DNA of 64,000 bases from Eledone cirrhosa. Taxonomy: Eukaryota. The translations under genes were made by a program, and so were the position numbers. The stretch spans positions 305,226,001 through 305,290,000 of the forward strand of contig OZ024743.1 in assembly GCA_964016885.1 (NCBI GenBank). Direction: 5' to 3'. Shown here piece after piece: positions 1 to 11,134 of the stretch (the first letter of the stretch is position 1; the number at the start of each line of letters is the position of its first letter). The notes below the pieces were generated by a model. The model did not search any database. It had not been told where the DNA came from and saw only the letters and a program-made list of their open reading frames with translations.

Positions 1-288
1 ACAATTATCAGTCACTCATAAAACCCAATTGTATACTTAGAATTAATGAACTCTGTAATGTGTTGGCGTTCATGTGTATGTGTCTGTGTGTGGGTACTTG
101 AGTGTGAACATGAACCTTGAATTTTATCTATCATTGTATTTTTGTATATATAACTCAAAATGTTTTTTTCAAAGAATCCCTGTTCTTTAAAATCCCGTGG
201 CCAATAACCTCCTCCCATCCTATTACAGCAGTGGAGCACTCCTCGACCTATATCACACCTCTAATATGACACCAACCGATATGTTTAT

Positions 289-319
<31 letters not shown>

Positions 320-320
320 T

Positions 321-362
<42 letters not shown>

Positions 363-419
363 ATATATATATTATTCAAATATTAATAAATGAATACGTT
401 CACATAATCAAAATATATG

Positions 420-481
420 TTTTATTATATATATTTCGGAGGTACTGTGCTGTTTTTTCAGTACGTCCTCATCAGATAAAA
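420..481 (-). ncRNA. Type I minimal hammerhead ribozyme (inverted pLTR copy)
   Basis: Reverse complement reads TTTTAT-CTGATGA-GGACGTACTG...CAGTACCTCC-GAAATATATATA-ATAAAA. The stem II base (GGA/TCC) pairs better than in the 2291 copy. Confidence 0.82.
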
Positions 482-585
482 TATATGAATTGATGTATGA
501 CATACCTCAACTGTCTTCATGGTTCAATTCCAGTATTGGCAGTGATTTATTACAACAAATCTCAATATTTGTATACACAAATAAT

Positions 586-797
586 GATTTCTAGTATAGG
601 CACAAGGGGGGAAATTTGGGGGAAAGTCAATTAAATCGACCCCAGTGCGTGACTGGTACTTTATTTTATCGACCCCGTAAGGATGAAAGACAAAGTTAAC
701 CTCGGCGAGATTTGAACTCTGAACGTAAAGGGCCGTAACTCTATGCTGCAAAGCAGAGTGTCCGACGCTCTACCGATGCTGCCAATCTCCCACCCTA
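586..797 (-). mobile_element. tRNA-derived SINE family 1 with TSD
   Basis: Head GG.AGATTGGCAGCATCGGTAGAG (A box), GTTCAAATC (B box), core gttaactttgtctttcatccttacggggtcgataaaataaagtaccag. TSD tatacacaaataat. Confidence 0.88.
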
Positions 798-1086
798 CTA
801 TATACACAAATAATAATGTTTGTGCTAATTATACTAATGTATTATATCAAAATTAAACAATATAAAAATATTTTACTATAATAATTAGAAGCATAATTCA
901 ATTAAAAAATATATTCAATATTTTGTTATAAATTCAAAAATCAAAAACGTTTTTGCCTATCAAGCAAGTTTACAAACATAATAAATATGTATAAGGATAT
1001 TTACCACAACATATTCGCATATCACCATCAGTATATGCATTTTATATAATGTTTAGAATTATTATCAGAATTATAAACAATTGTCA

Positions 1087-1162
1087 TTTACTTATAGGAT
1101 TAATAAGTAGTTTTACTTATAGGATTAATAAGTAGTTTTACTTATAGGATTAATAAGTAGTT
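1087..1162. repeat. 25-bp tandem repeat x3
   Basis: cttataggattaataagtagtttta starts at 1091, 1116 and 1141. Confidence 0.95.
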
Positions 1163-2290
1163 ATATTTACTCTTGAAAGTATTATTATTTCGATTTTAAT
1201 TTCGTAACTATATCATAATATATGTAGTTTCCCTATAAGGATTAATATCATGTTAAATATACATTATTAATCCATTTGGATAGAAAGAAAATAATATACG
1301 AAGAATGTAAACAAAGGGAGGTAATCCATAAGTTGTCAGTTATATTATCTAAGTGCTTTGAAAGCCAGAAGATATTTTGAACCGCAAGTTCAGAAAATTC
1401 TAGATACACAATGACCATTCAAAAAACCGAACTTAGGATAGCGAGTCACAACATGAGATTAATTTACTATATAAAAAAAACCGATATACAATTTTAAGGT
1501 AAGGCAAAACATTATATATATAATAACAATAATTCAAGAATTATTAATAATAATAGTCAATATTTTTTCCCCCCTTAGTCAGTATTTTTTTTCTAAATTT
1601 GTATGATGCTTGAAATGTTTTTCTAGATTTATGGAGACAAATTGCAAATAATTCATTTTTTTGTTGTTAATTAAATTACCATAATTGGTAATTATTAATA
1701 GAGTTTCTAAATTGCAAATATTGCAATTTGGTGAAATGGAAGCGTTTCGATACGACTCAGAATTTATATATATACATATTTATCATGTTTGTAAACTTGC
1801 TTGATAGGTAAAAACGTTTTTTGAATTTTATAACAAAATACTGAATATATTTATTAATTGAATTATGCTTCTGATTATTATAGAAAATATTTTTATATTG
1901 TTTAATTTTGATATAATACATTAGTATAATTAGCTCAAATATAACCAAATACAGAAGATATTAAAAGTTTCACGGAATTTAATTGGTCGCTTTCTTCTTT
2001 CTCTCTTTCTTTCATTCTTTCCTTTTTGCGGTTACGTCTTCCCTCTTCTCTCTCTCTCTCCTTCTATCTTCTCTTATTTTTTCTCTCTTCTATCTCTCTC
2101 TCTCTCTTTATTTCTTCTTACATCCCCTCCTTATACCTATATCTCGCTCCACATCCTCTTCTTCATCATATTTAAGTTTATCATGCTATTATTTGTGTAT
2201 ATAAATATTGAGATTTGTGTAATCAATCAATGCCAATACTGGAATTGAACCATGAAGACAGTTGAGGTATGTCATACATCAATTCATATA

Positions 2291-2352
2291 TTTTATCTGA
2301 TGAGGACGTACTGAAAAAACAGCACAGTACCACCGAAATATATATAATAAAA
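2291..2352 (+). ncRNA. Type I minimal hammerhead ribozyme (PLE pLTR)
   Basis: Stem I TTTTAT/ATAAAA, CTGATGA at 2297-2303, stem II GTACTG/CAGTAC, GAAA at 2335-2338, palindromic stem III ATATATAT. Predicted cleavage after A2346. Confidence 0.8.
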
Positions 2353-2522
2353 CATATATTTTGATTATGTGAACGTATTTATTTATTAATATTTGAATAA
2401 TATTACTAACTCCAGAAAACTTCTTTGTAGAGTGCTTTTAATCTATTGTAAAACTATATTCATTGAGTAATCCATGAACCATATTAATCTTTGGTTATAT
2501 ATATACATATATATATATATAT

Positions 2523-2999
2523 AAACTAATAAACCTTTGTTCGTACTGCCTCTCTGTTTTGTTCCCGTTCCATTTTTCACTATACAATACACGCTCCCAC
2601 GGATTCCATGCCACCTTGGAATACTACCTTCACTACCGGCTCAACCCCGATCTAATCTGCCGTGACCACTCTCTGAACTTTCCCCACACCTTGTTTTTTT
2701 TCCTTTCTTTGCATTACTTTTTGATTGATTTATTTACTGAACTTGTTTATTTCTGTCTATGATTTTTTTGTCCATGATTGCCTGTGTTTTTACGATTATG
2801 ATTTTTTTTGTCTATGATTTTCCTGTGTATACTCTCCTCTCCTTACGTTATTTCTACTCTCTTCCCACACACTTTTCGCCTGAAAAAGGGCTTATGCCCG
2901 AAACGTCGTCACCCCCACCCACCCACTCTCAAGAGCGTGAAACTAATAAACCTTTGTTCGTACTGCCTCTGTTTTGTTCCCGTTCCATTTTTCACTATA
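2523..2999 (+). mobile_element. 5'-truncated Penelope-like element (second family) with direct terminal repeat, inserted in (TA)n
   Basis: About 60-bp direct repeats at 2523-2584 and 2940-2999. Internal peptide LEYYLHYRLNPDLI resembles the PLE GIY-YIG C-terminus (E...I....P.LN). Hammerhead-like core at 2880-2910. (TA)n on both sides. Confidence 0.7.
2880..2910 (+). ncRNA. Degenerate hammerhead ribozyme core
   Basis: CTGAAAA-A-GGGC-TTAT-GCCC-GAAACGTCGTC. G8 of CUGANGA is replaced by A and no local stem I is evident, so it is probably inactive. Confidence 0.55.
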
Positions 3000-3229
3000 T
3001 ATATATATATATAGGAGTTGTATATAGAACCAGATAAAATTAGACCATTACGCAACAAATTACTTGATATTTGGGATAGTAGAGTATGGCTAAATTATAA
3101 AGAGGTCAGCTGACTTCTAGCTGTTTCAACAGCTGTTTGTGTGTTTGTATGTGTGTTTTTATTTATGTTTACATGCACATATTAATATTGATATGTATTA
3201 ATTTTGGTGTTAAGAAAATTAATATTTAC

Positions 3230-3328
3230 CACTTGAGTATGAATATGGTTTATAAATCTTCCATGGTAAACTTCCATTGCCTATTTTATAACGGCATAAT
3301 GTATTTTCAAATTCGCAATCAAAGGGAC
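3230..3328 (-). CDS. Exon of tandem MAM-domain protein (MAM repeat D, N-terminal part); gene probably continues left of the window
   Basis: 99 nt, phase 1/1, acceptor ctgcAG, donor GTAAAT. Encodes GPFDCEFENTLCRYKIGNGSLPWKIYKPYSYSS (CxFE..LC motif). No downstream exon was found in 1-3229. Confidence 0.87.
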
Positions 3329-3514
3329 CTGCAGCAATACAGAAAAAAGGTATATAAGAAGAGTTAAACATATATTTGTGGAAAAAATATCTTAAAAAGT
3401 TCAAAACAAGAAACTTTCTGTGCAAATGTACATTACTTGAATAATATTGTAAAAATAACAAATATGATTGTATGGTTTTCACCATACTTCCTAGTTGTGA
3501 TATTATTCATAAGT

Positions 3515-3748
3515 AAAGGGTAAAGACCCTCTTCAGCCATGTAGAAATAAGTTGCAACATCACTGGTGCCAACATATATCGACCTTTATCTTTCCCTTGG
3601 ATGATATCGGTAGTGTGGTGAGGGGTGTCTGGTATACTTGGGTAACTGCTGGACTTCTACAAACAACCTGGACGTGTGTCTTAGAGGGGAAATTTCTAGG
3701 TAAAATTCCCATTGTCATTCGTGATTGAAGGGGGATCTTTACCCTTTT
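3515..3748. mobile_element. MITE-like segment with imperfect terminal inverted repeats
   Basis: aaagggtaaagaccctcttca ... tgaagggggatctttacccttt. It could instead be two SINE tails in opposite orientation. Confidence 0.45.
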
Positions 3749-4209
3749 TTCTAATTGATAAATACTTATAGCTATAAATACAATCACTGACAGAGTTTTA
3801 AAATGTCTATATATCTGAATTAAAAAACAAACTAAACAAAATAAAAAATCATTGACTCCTAATTTTTGTATGAAAAATAATTTTTACCAAAATAAAACTG
3901 AATACACATCTATAGAAATTCTAGGGGAATTTTATTTTGGAGTCAATATATTTTTAGCATTTAAAATTTATTTTCACTTTTAATTAATGGTTTATAATGT
4001 TGGCACAAGGCCAGCAATTTTTAGCAGAAGGGAAAATCGAATATATCGACCCTAGTACTCAAATGGTATTGTTTTTTTATCAACTTTAAAAGGATGAAAG
4101 GCAAATTTGGCATTGGCAGAATTCAAATTCAGAAATAAAGTTCTGGAACAAATACTGCTAAGTATTTCTCTGCCACTCAAACTACATCACCTGATACCTC
4201 AATAAGGCA

Positions 4210-4790
4210 AGGCATTAACGATGACAATAACTTTGCTGTTAGCAGCCCACCTCCACCAAATGTCTTGAATGCCACAGACTTGAAAAAATAGTTATTTGAT
4301 AGATCCCAGTATTTTAAGATTTTATTTCAATTGGCTACAGAAGCCATGCTCCCTCACATTTACCATAGCATCCATGATATGGGAGGGAGCAAAAGAGTCA
4401 CTAATTCTGTCATCCCTGATGAGATATCTGATTTTCATCCAGAGACAAAGGCTAAGACCATTTGATCTCTTCCCATCAATTCTGGATATTCCAGTCAGCT
4501 CCAGAACTGTGGGGATATTTACCCGAGCTAGGGCTCGCTTGATGATCCGGCTTAATTTTGTTTGGCAGGCATACTGACCAGCATTCAAGCAGCAAGACAA
4601 ACTATGGATGCCTGTTGAGGTGAGACCCCTACCACAGTTACATCTATTTGGCTCTCACTTAGAGTGTAATGGAGATGCAGAGTTCGTCTAGACTGAGAAA
4701 ATGACTAATGTGGGCTACAGGCAGAACATCAATGCAGTCCTCTGAGAATTTTGGGCTTGCAGAACGTAGGCAACATCTTGAAAATTGAAA
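4210..4790 (-). mobile_element. CRE-clade-like non-LTR retrotransposon remnant (REL endonuclease region)
   Basis: CCLNAG...IIKRALARVNIPTVLE..GISRIDGKRSNGLSL..W......D....DSFAPSH resembles the LEP.GL.R.DGKRPDG...W...WD...D..A.SH signature. Confidence 0.7.
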
Positions 4791-5048
4791 AAGTGTTACA
4801 AATTATATATACCTGTGAAAACATGGCAAATTAGATCGGCCAAGTAAGGATTTACTTTCGTGGAGTGATGAACAATTTAATTAAAAGATATAGACAATGC
4901 TGTTTAGAAAAAAATCGATGAAAAAATGGAAATCTAGCTTTGATTTTTCATGGTGCTGCTCTATCAACCTGCCCTCTGATTAATTAATTGAGTCACCAGT
5001 ATTTTGGTTAAAATTTTACATGTGAAAAATGAAATTGTTTAATATTAC

Positions 5049-5411
5049 CAGCACATGGTTTCTCATCAATTGAAATAGTGTCTATTGCAATATCTCCTTT
5101 GAATGAAGGTCCTCGTTGAGCATAAAATGAGAGACTACCATCACCATCATCAGACTTGTTTATCTTCCCAAAATTCTTTTCAATATACAAACATTGTTTG
5201 TGCCAATACAACCCTTTGTCACCTTTCATTGTCCACAGAGTTTTTTCATTATGACCATTCATTTTAAGTTTGACAGATAGTTGACCTATTTCCTTTCCAT
5301 TCATATTGTAAAAAAATTTCAGATATTTCCCTTGGACTTTAGAAACTTTAAACTTCAGCTCTGTAGTATCATTATACTTTCCATAAGAAGCTTCTGCATA
5401 CATATAGTGTC
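5049..5411 (-). CDS. Exon of tandem MAM-domain protein (MAM repeat C, C-terminal part)
   Basis: 363 nt, phase 1/1, acceptor ttttacAG, donor GTAAT. Encodes GHYMYAEAS...LKFFYNMNGKEIGQLSV...LWTMKGDKGLYW...GDIAIDTISIDEKPCA. Confidence 0.92.
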
Positions 5412-5809
5412 CTGTAAAAGAGTGGAATTATTAATTCATTAATAATTTAATAGCAATTTAAAGTTTGTTATCGAATATCTAATTCACAGATCAACTTATA
5501 CACATGACCTATTTTGCAGTTAATGTTTTCTCTCATTTGAGAAAAATTTAAAAACAAAAACAAAAGAAATGAGAGTTCCCTTGTTGAATTTGACTGTATT
5601 TATAATCATGATGATCATCATGACCATCATCATTTTACATTTGCTTTCCATGCTGGAATATGTTAATCTATCTGTCTCAACATCTCTTATATAAGCTTAT
5701 TATAATATCTGTTCACAAAAATCTAACTCTTGCTTAGTGAAAATTAATTTCATCTTTAGACTTCATTTCATCACCTCAAACAACTTGTTCCATCTCTTCA
5801 GTTCTATCA

Positions 5810-6120
5810 GTTTAAAGATGTCATAAAAGGCAATCTTAAAGCTCTGAAGATTGATTTGGAAAACTGGTAGGTTTTGACTAAAGGCCATACATCATGGAGA
5901 AAGATTATCTTTGAGCAAAAACGAGTGGAACATGCTGCTATAAAGCATTCACTCTGTAAGTGGGACCCATGTACAGTGCCTGCAAAAATTCAGCAGGAAT
6001 TGAGGTGTAATGTATGAGGACAATTTCTTCTATCAAGAGCTGGATTTGTTAACCATCTAAAGTCATGGGAGCCAGGGAGAAATCAAGCCACTTGTGAGAT
6101 GGTTCTACCACCACGTACTC
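5810..6120 (+). mobile_element. RTE LINE 3' remnant
   Basis: FKDVIKGNLKALKIDLENW.......SWRK followed by a decayed C2H2 motif (FLSRAGFVNHLKS). Confidence 0.6.
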
Positions 6121-6657
6121 TGCAGTACATTTGCAAGTGTACACATTAAGTGTGACTTAAATAGTTTTGTTTTTTTATAATGGATATTTTTTCCCCCAGC
6201 TTTTACTCCACCTATAAATCAACATTCAGAATTATAACAGTAGCATTTGAAAAATTTATAGTAACATCCGTACAATATCTGTTATTAAATTATATTATCT
6301 TTAGTATTAAGTGTTGTGAGATCTTTAACTAAATAGGACTTTAACATAAGTAAAGCTGCTGGAATCTCTTGCTTTCCTATCTACACACATAGGTATTGAT
6401 CTTAGTGCCATAACTTAATGAACCATTCATAGATTTTAGATTAGTTCTATTATTTACAGTAGGCAACAGTATAAAACTTTTATATACATCGAAGTGCTAG
6501 AGGTTGTTGAGAATATATGTCTTTGTCATGAACATTGTATATATCTCTTATAATACAGTACAAAATAGCAATCCTTTGTTTAATTGTTCAGCCTGTTGAT
6601 TTCTATAAGAAGTTACATTATAAAATATTGTATTAAAATAAAACAAAAATAACTTAC

Positions 6658-6816
6658 CATATCTGCTATTTGATTGGTCAGTAGACGGTCCTGTTCCACT
6701 TGATGATGTACTGCCTGAATTCCTTCTCCATGTAAATTCAGTAGGATCCATACAGTTAATTGTGTATTCACAGAGCAGTGGGTTATCAAATGTGCATACA
6801 TGATTTGTGATCCCAG
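6658..6816 (-). CDS. Exon of tandem MAM-domain protein (MAM repeat C, N-terminal part)
   Basis: 159 nt, phase 1/1, acceptor ttttAG, donor GTAAGT. Encodes GITNHVCTFDNPLLCEY...FTWRRNSGSTSSSGTGPSTDQSNSRY (W.R..G.T.S..TGP..D MAM motif). Confidence 0.92.
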
Positions 6817-7052
6817 CTAAAATGGAAAAAAACAATAATGATTACTTACAATAGAAGAAGATTAAAAACCTGAAAATAAGGATTATACAAGAATTAAATC
6901 AACTCAGGTGTATGACTGATATTAATTATATTGACTCCAGAAGGGTTATATTTAAACTGAAATACTGAAGAGAAAACTAAATACTTTAAGATAATCATTT
7001 ATACTACTAATTCTATCATTTTCTCCCCAATCCCCCAGCAAATATATGAAAT

Positions 7053-7239
7053 AATTGTTTCTACTTTTGGCACAAGGCCAGCAATTATCCCAGTACATTA
7101 CTGGTACTTTATTTTATCGACCCTGTAAGGATGAAAGGCAAAGTTAACCTCGGCGGGATTTGAACTCAGATCGTAAAGGGACGTAACTCTATGCGTCAAA
7201 GCGTCTGACCCTCTACCGATACTGCCAATTCACCGCCCA
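7053..7239 (-). mobile_element. SINE family 1 copy
   Basis: Same head and core. TSD tatgaaataat, with extra inserted bases at the 5' junction. Confidence 0.88.
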
Positions 7240-7959
7240 ATTCACAGAGCAGTGGGTTATGAAATAATAATAGCTTCTAATATAGAAATTCATGGAAGTT
7301 AAAATAAACCCCTATATCCTCATTTCATCTGACTCTACTGTTGGTGTATGTTTGTAAAATCTGGAAGTATGTAAAAAGCTGGAATTATGTAAAATCACTT
7401 GTCTTCCTCCCAATTGTTTGTTCATTCATTAATCTTAGTTTTTCAGGTCTCATAACTTTGTTTTGAGGCTCTCTAGTTCTCCTGTAATTATTTTTTCCTC
7501 TGTCTTCAATAGAAATTTGAAAAATATGCCTTCCTTTTATATTTCATTATGTCTTTCCTATTTCTTTCTTTGTATTCAAAATATTTTCTCCACTCTTATA
7601 TTCCCCAATTTGGACTCATCTGCCATTTTCTCTTCACCCACTTCCATACACCTCCATAGCCATTTAGACCAATCAAAGCTCAGCAGCAGAAATATGCTAC
7701 ACTATAAACTCAATTTCTATTGCAATAACTTCTTCTTCTTCTGCTACTACCACTACTAACAGTTGTCTGAATCTTGTTTCATATGGCAAAAGAGTAACAG
7801 AGCTGGAGAGTTGGAGCACTCCTAAAGATGAATATGAATCTACAGACAGCCACGCTAATGTTCTTCTTTATTTCAGACATGGAAAACCAAAAGCAACACC
7901 AATCAATTTCTCACGCCCCCTCCCATGTTTCATCTTCTTTCTCTCACCCTTCCAGTGAA

Positions 7960-10180
7960 CTCCATAACTTCAGAGCTGGCACCATCAACACCAGCACAAT
8001 AAATGGAACATCAGAAGAGATTGAAGAAATGCTTGAACAAAAGAAAGTTGATGTGTACATGGAGGGAAATGTCATCTACATTCCTTGTTGGCAAAGAAAC
8101 AATGATACAAATTCTTCTGTGTGAGAAATGACAATGGGCTGGGTAGAGAGCCATTATGTTAGTAATAAAAAGGTAATAGCTGTAAATATAGTAAATAACA
8201 GAATCATTAAAATTAGACTAGTACTAAATAGAACAACAGTGACAATTATATCTGCATATGCACCGATATCTGGTCTGTTGGACATACTAAAAGACAGGTT
8301 TTATGATTCCCTAATGCACACATTTTCTCAAATAAGTGACAGTGACTTCATAGTAATTGCAGGTGACGTTAATGTGTATATTGGGCAACACTGTTATGGC
8401 TTGACATGATCCATGGGGGTTAAGGGTTTGGTGCTATAAATGCGAAAGGTTTGATGCTTCTGGAATTCTTTGATGCCAATGATTTATCTCTCTGTAACAT
8501 GAACTTCAAAAAAATGAGACAATCACTTGATCCCCTATAGATCAGGGGAGCATACCAGCCAGATAGATTCTATTCTTACCAGAAGACGATATAGAGTGAC
8601 TGTTGTAAACAGAAAGTTTCTCCTTAGTGAAGAATGCACCTCCCAAAATAACCTAGTAGTTAGTGACCTTATAGTTAGGACTAGACGAACTTGAGGAGAA
8701 GAATATAGAAATTAAAGGACCCCGCAGCCAGTAACAAATTTAGAAGTATGTTGCTTGAGGCTTTCAACGTTAGGGAAGAGCAAATAGAGACATACAATTT
8801 AGAGGAGCAGTGGAAATCCTGAAAGATAACCTACTGAAGGTGACAAACGAAATCTATGGTTTGGAGCAGGGACTTGGTGGTTGAACAGTGGTGTGGAGGA
8901 GACAATTAAGGCCAAAATACAGGCATGGAAAGATGGAAAGAATGGCATGACGGGAAGTAGAGAACACTATCAGCAGGCTAGGAGAGAATATAGTTGACAC
9001 GTGTACTTTGCAAGAAGGGAAGCAAAAAATAAAAAATAAAAAGTATGTTCTGCAATGGAAGGACCAAATGCATGAGGTGTTCAGGATTGTGAGGCAGTGT
9101 GTCAGGGAAAATTGTGGTGATGATGGAGATAAGTGTGTCCATGATGATTTGGTTTTATATGTGGCTGATCCATAGGTGCAGTAAGTAGCAAGATCCTACA
9201 CAATACTAGCTCCTTCAAATGCCCAGAGACCTCTATAGAAATAGCTGACAATTTCTGTTACCTGGGTGACCAAATAAGCAGTGGAGGCGGGTCTTCCAAA
9301 ACTACAGTAGCCAGAGCGTGACAACCTGGAGAAAGATCAGGGAGCTACTGCTGCTAGCTACAAAATTTTTTTCCATAAAAATGAATGAAGGGCAGATTGT
9401 ATGATGCATGTATATGAACAGCAAAGCTGCATGGCTGTGAAACCTTGGCACTGTTCAGAGGACCTGTGAAGACTGATAAGAAATGAAGCCTACATGTTCC
9501 AATGGATATGTAATAGAAATATACATGAATGGCAAAGTGTAAATGAACTGAAAGAGAAACTGGGCTTAAGAGGGATTATATACAGTGTGCAAGAGAGAAG
9601 ATTGCATTGGTATGGCCATGTGGTGTATATGAAGGATAACAGGGTACTCAAAGTTGATGGAAGCTATGGAGTAGGAAGATTTGGGATGAAGTGATAACAG
9701 CTAACCTTACACAATTACACCTCTCAAAAGCAATGACACATGATTGAGGTCTTTGACATTATGCAATAATACAGAAGACATGTCTTCCCATGCATCACTT
9801 TACCCCTAACCTCCATTTCCCTTCCATACACCTCCCATGCCCTAACACTCCTCCCACATTATAACATCGCACCTTTCATGCATGCCCTTACTCCAAAACC
9901 CCAGCCCCAACTCCACACTGTAAAGTGGTCGTTATGGTGCCACAATAAAAAGCACCCAGTCTACATTGTAAAAAGGTTGTGAAGGTGTCATGAAAAGCAC
10001 TCAGCCCACACAGTAAACATGGTTGGTGTTAGGAAAGGTATCCAACCAAAGAAACCAAGCCAGAAACAGTTCTGTATCAGCAAGACATGGTCACCTGACC
10101 TGACATGCCTCTAATGGGACAACTTGTCTAATCCATGCTAGTGTGGAAAATGGATGTTAAATTATGATGATAATGATGAT
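7960..10180 (+). mobile_element. Decayed RTE-clade LINE (AP endonuclease + C-terminus, RT core largely deleted)
   Basis: GTINTSTING..EEIEEML, IISAYAP..GL....KDRFYD and AGDVN are APE motifs. Later FCYLGD and ERRLHWYGHV. The 3' tail has ggttggtgttaggaa...ccatgctag and (ATG)n. Many stops. Confidence 0.8.
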
Positions 10181-10459
10181 AGGTACATGACCACACACTT
10201 GGGGGAAGGGAGTATTTGATTAAATTCATTTAAGTACATAATATCTACTTATTTTATCAATCTCACAAGTATGAAAAGCAAAATCGGTCTTGGCAAGATT
10301 TGAGCACAAAAAAATAAAGAGATGTAACAAAATCTCACAAGTTTGGTGCTCCACCAATTCTGTTAATCCATAGTCATTACACATAAAATAAGAATAAAAC
10401 TAAATCAGATTTAAAGTTGGAGTTTTGACATTAGTTTTTCTTGCTGTTGTTAAGGTAAT

Positions 10460-10650
10460 AACAGTACAAAAGAAGGGGAAAGTTGATTAAATCAACCCCA
10501 CTTCATAACTGGTGCTTTATCTTATCAACCTCATAAGAATGAAAGGCAAAGATAACCTCAACGCGATTTTAAATTCGAATGTAAAGGACAGTAACTATAT
10601 GCTCCAAAGCATGTTGTCCAACACTCTAGCAATACTGCCAATTTACAACT
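10460..10650 (-). mobile_element. SINE family 1 copy (diverged; another at about 10180-10360)
   Basis: Core gaatgaaaggcaaagataacctc and head atactgccaattt. Confidence 0.7.
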
Positions 10651-10841
10651 ACCTTTGTTCTTAACATAATAATATACCTTAGAATTAAACAATATAATTT
10701 AGAAAATTTTAAATAAGAAAATTATATAACATGTCCCTATAATAAGAATTAATGCTATATGAAAATAAACATGTCTAGCCTTGCCCCCAAATTATGGATA
10801 AAAACACCTATGCTAGCGTAGGAGATGGAAATTAAACGAAA

Positions 10842-11130
10842 ATGATGATGATGATGATGATGATGTGCAGACATGAAAGCTTGAGGACTTGCTGAGCCTC
10901 ATCTAGATTCAGTTGCTCTCCCAGACTACTTATATATATTAGTCAATTCTCAACATCATCATCATTAAGACCAATACCATCATCAACATCATCATCATGA
11001 TTAAGACCACCACCATCATCATCATCACCATCACTATCATCATCACCATCATGATTCAGACCACCACTACTGCCACCACCATCACCATCACCATCATTAT
11101 CATCATCATTGTCATTCAGACCACTACCAC
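10842..11130. repeat. (ATG)n and (CAT/CAC)n trinucleotide tracts
   Basis: Direct inspection. Confidence 0.9.
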
Positions 11131-11134
11131 CCTC

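Larger units (their letters stand above)
371..2402 (+). mobile_element. Highly decayed Penelope-like element with inverted 5' pseudo-LTR
   Basis: About 215-bp inverted repeats (371-585 vs about 2186-2402), each holding a hammerhead core. Frameshifted GIY-YIG trace at about 1708-1760 (NCKYCNL..GE.GSVSIRLR). Left end abuts (TA)n. Confidence 0.7.

Noticed and set aside
12-239. Next exon of the MAM gene
   Set aside because: No MAM motif (G.Y...FYYHM) and no convincing splice sites.
4416-4440. Other CTGANGA occurrences (4416, 6964, 19278, 41182) as hammerheads
   Set aside because: No stem II plus GAAA plus stem I arrangement.
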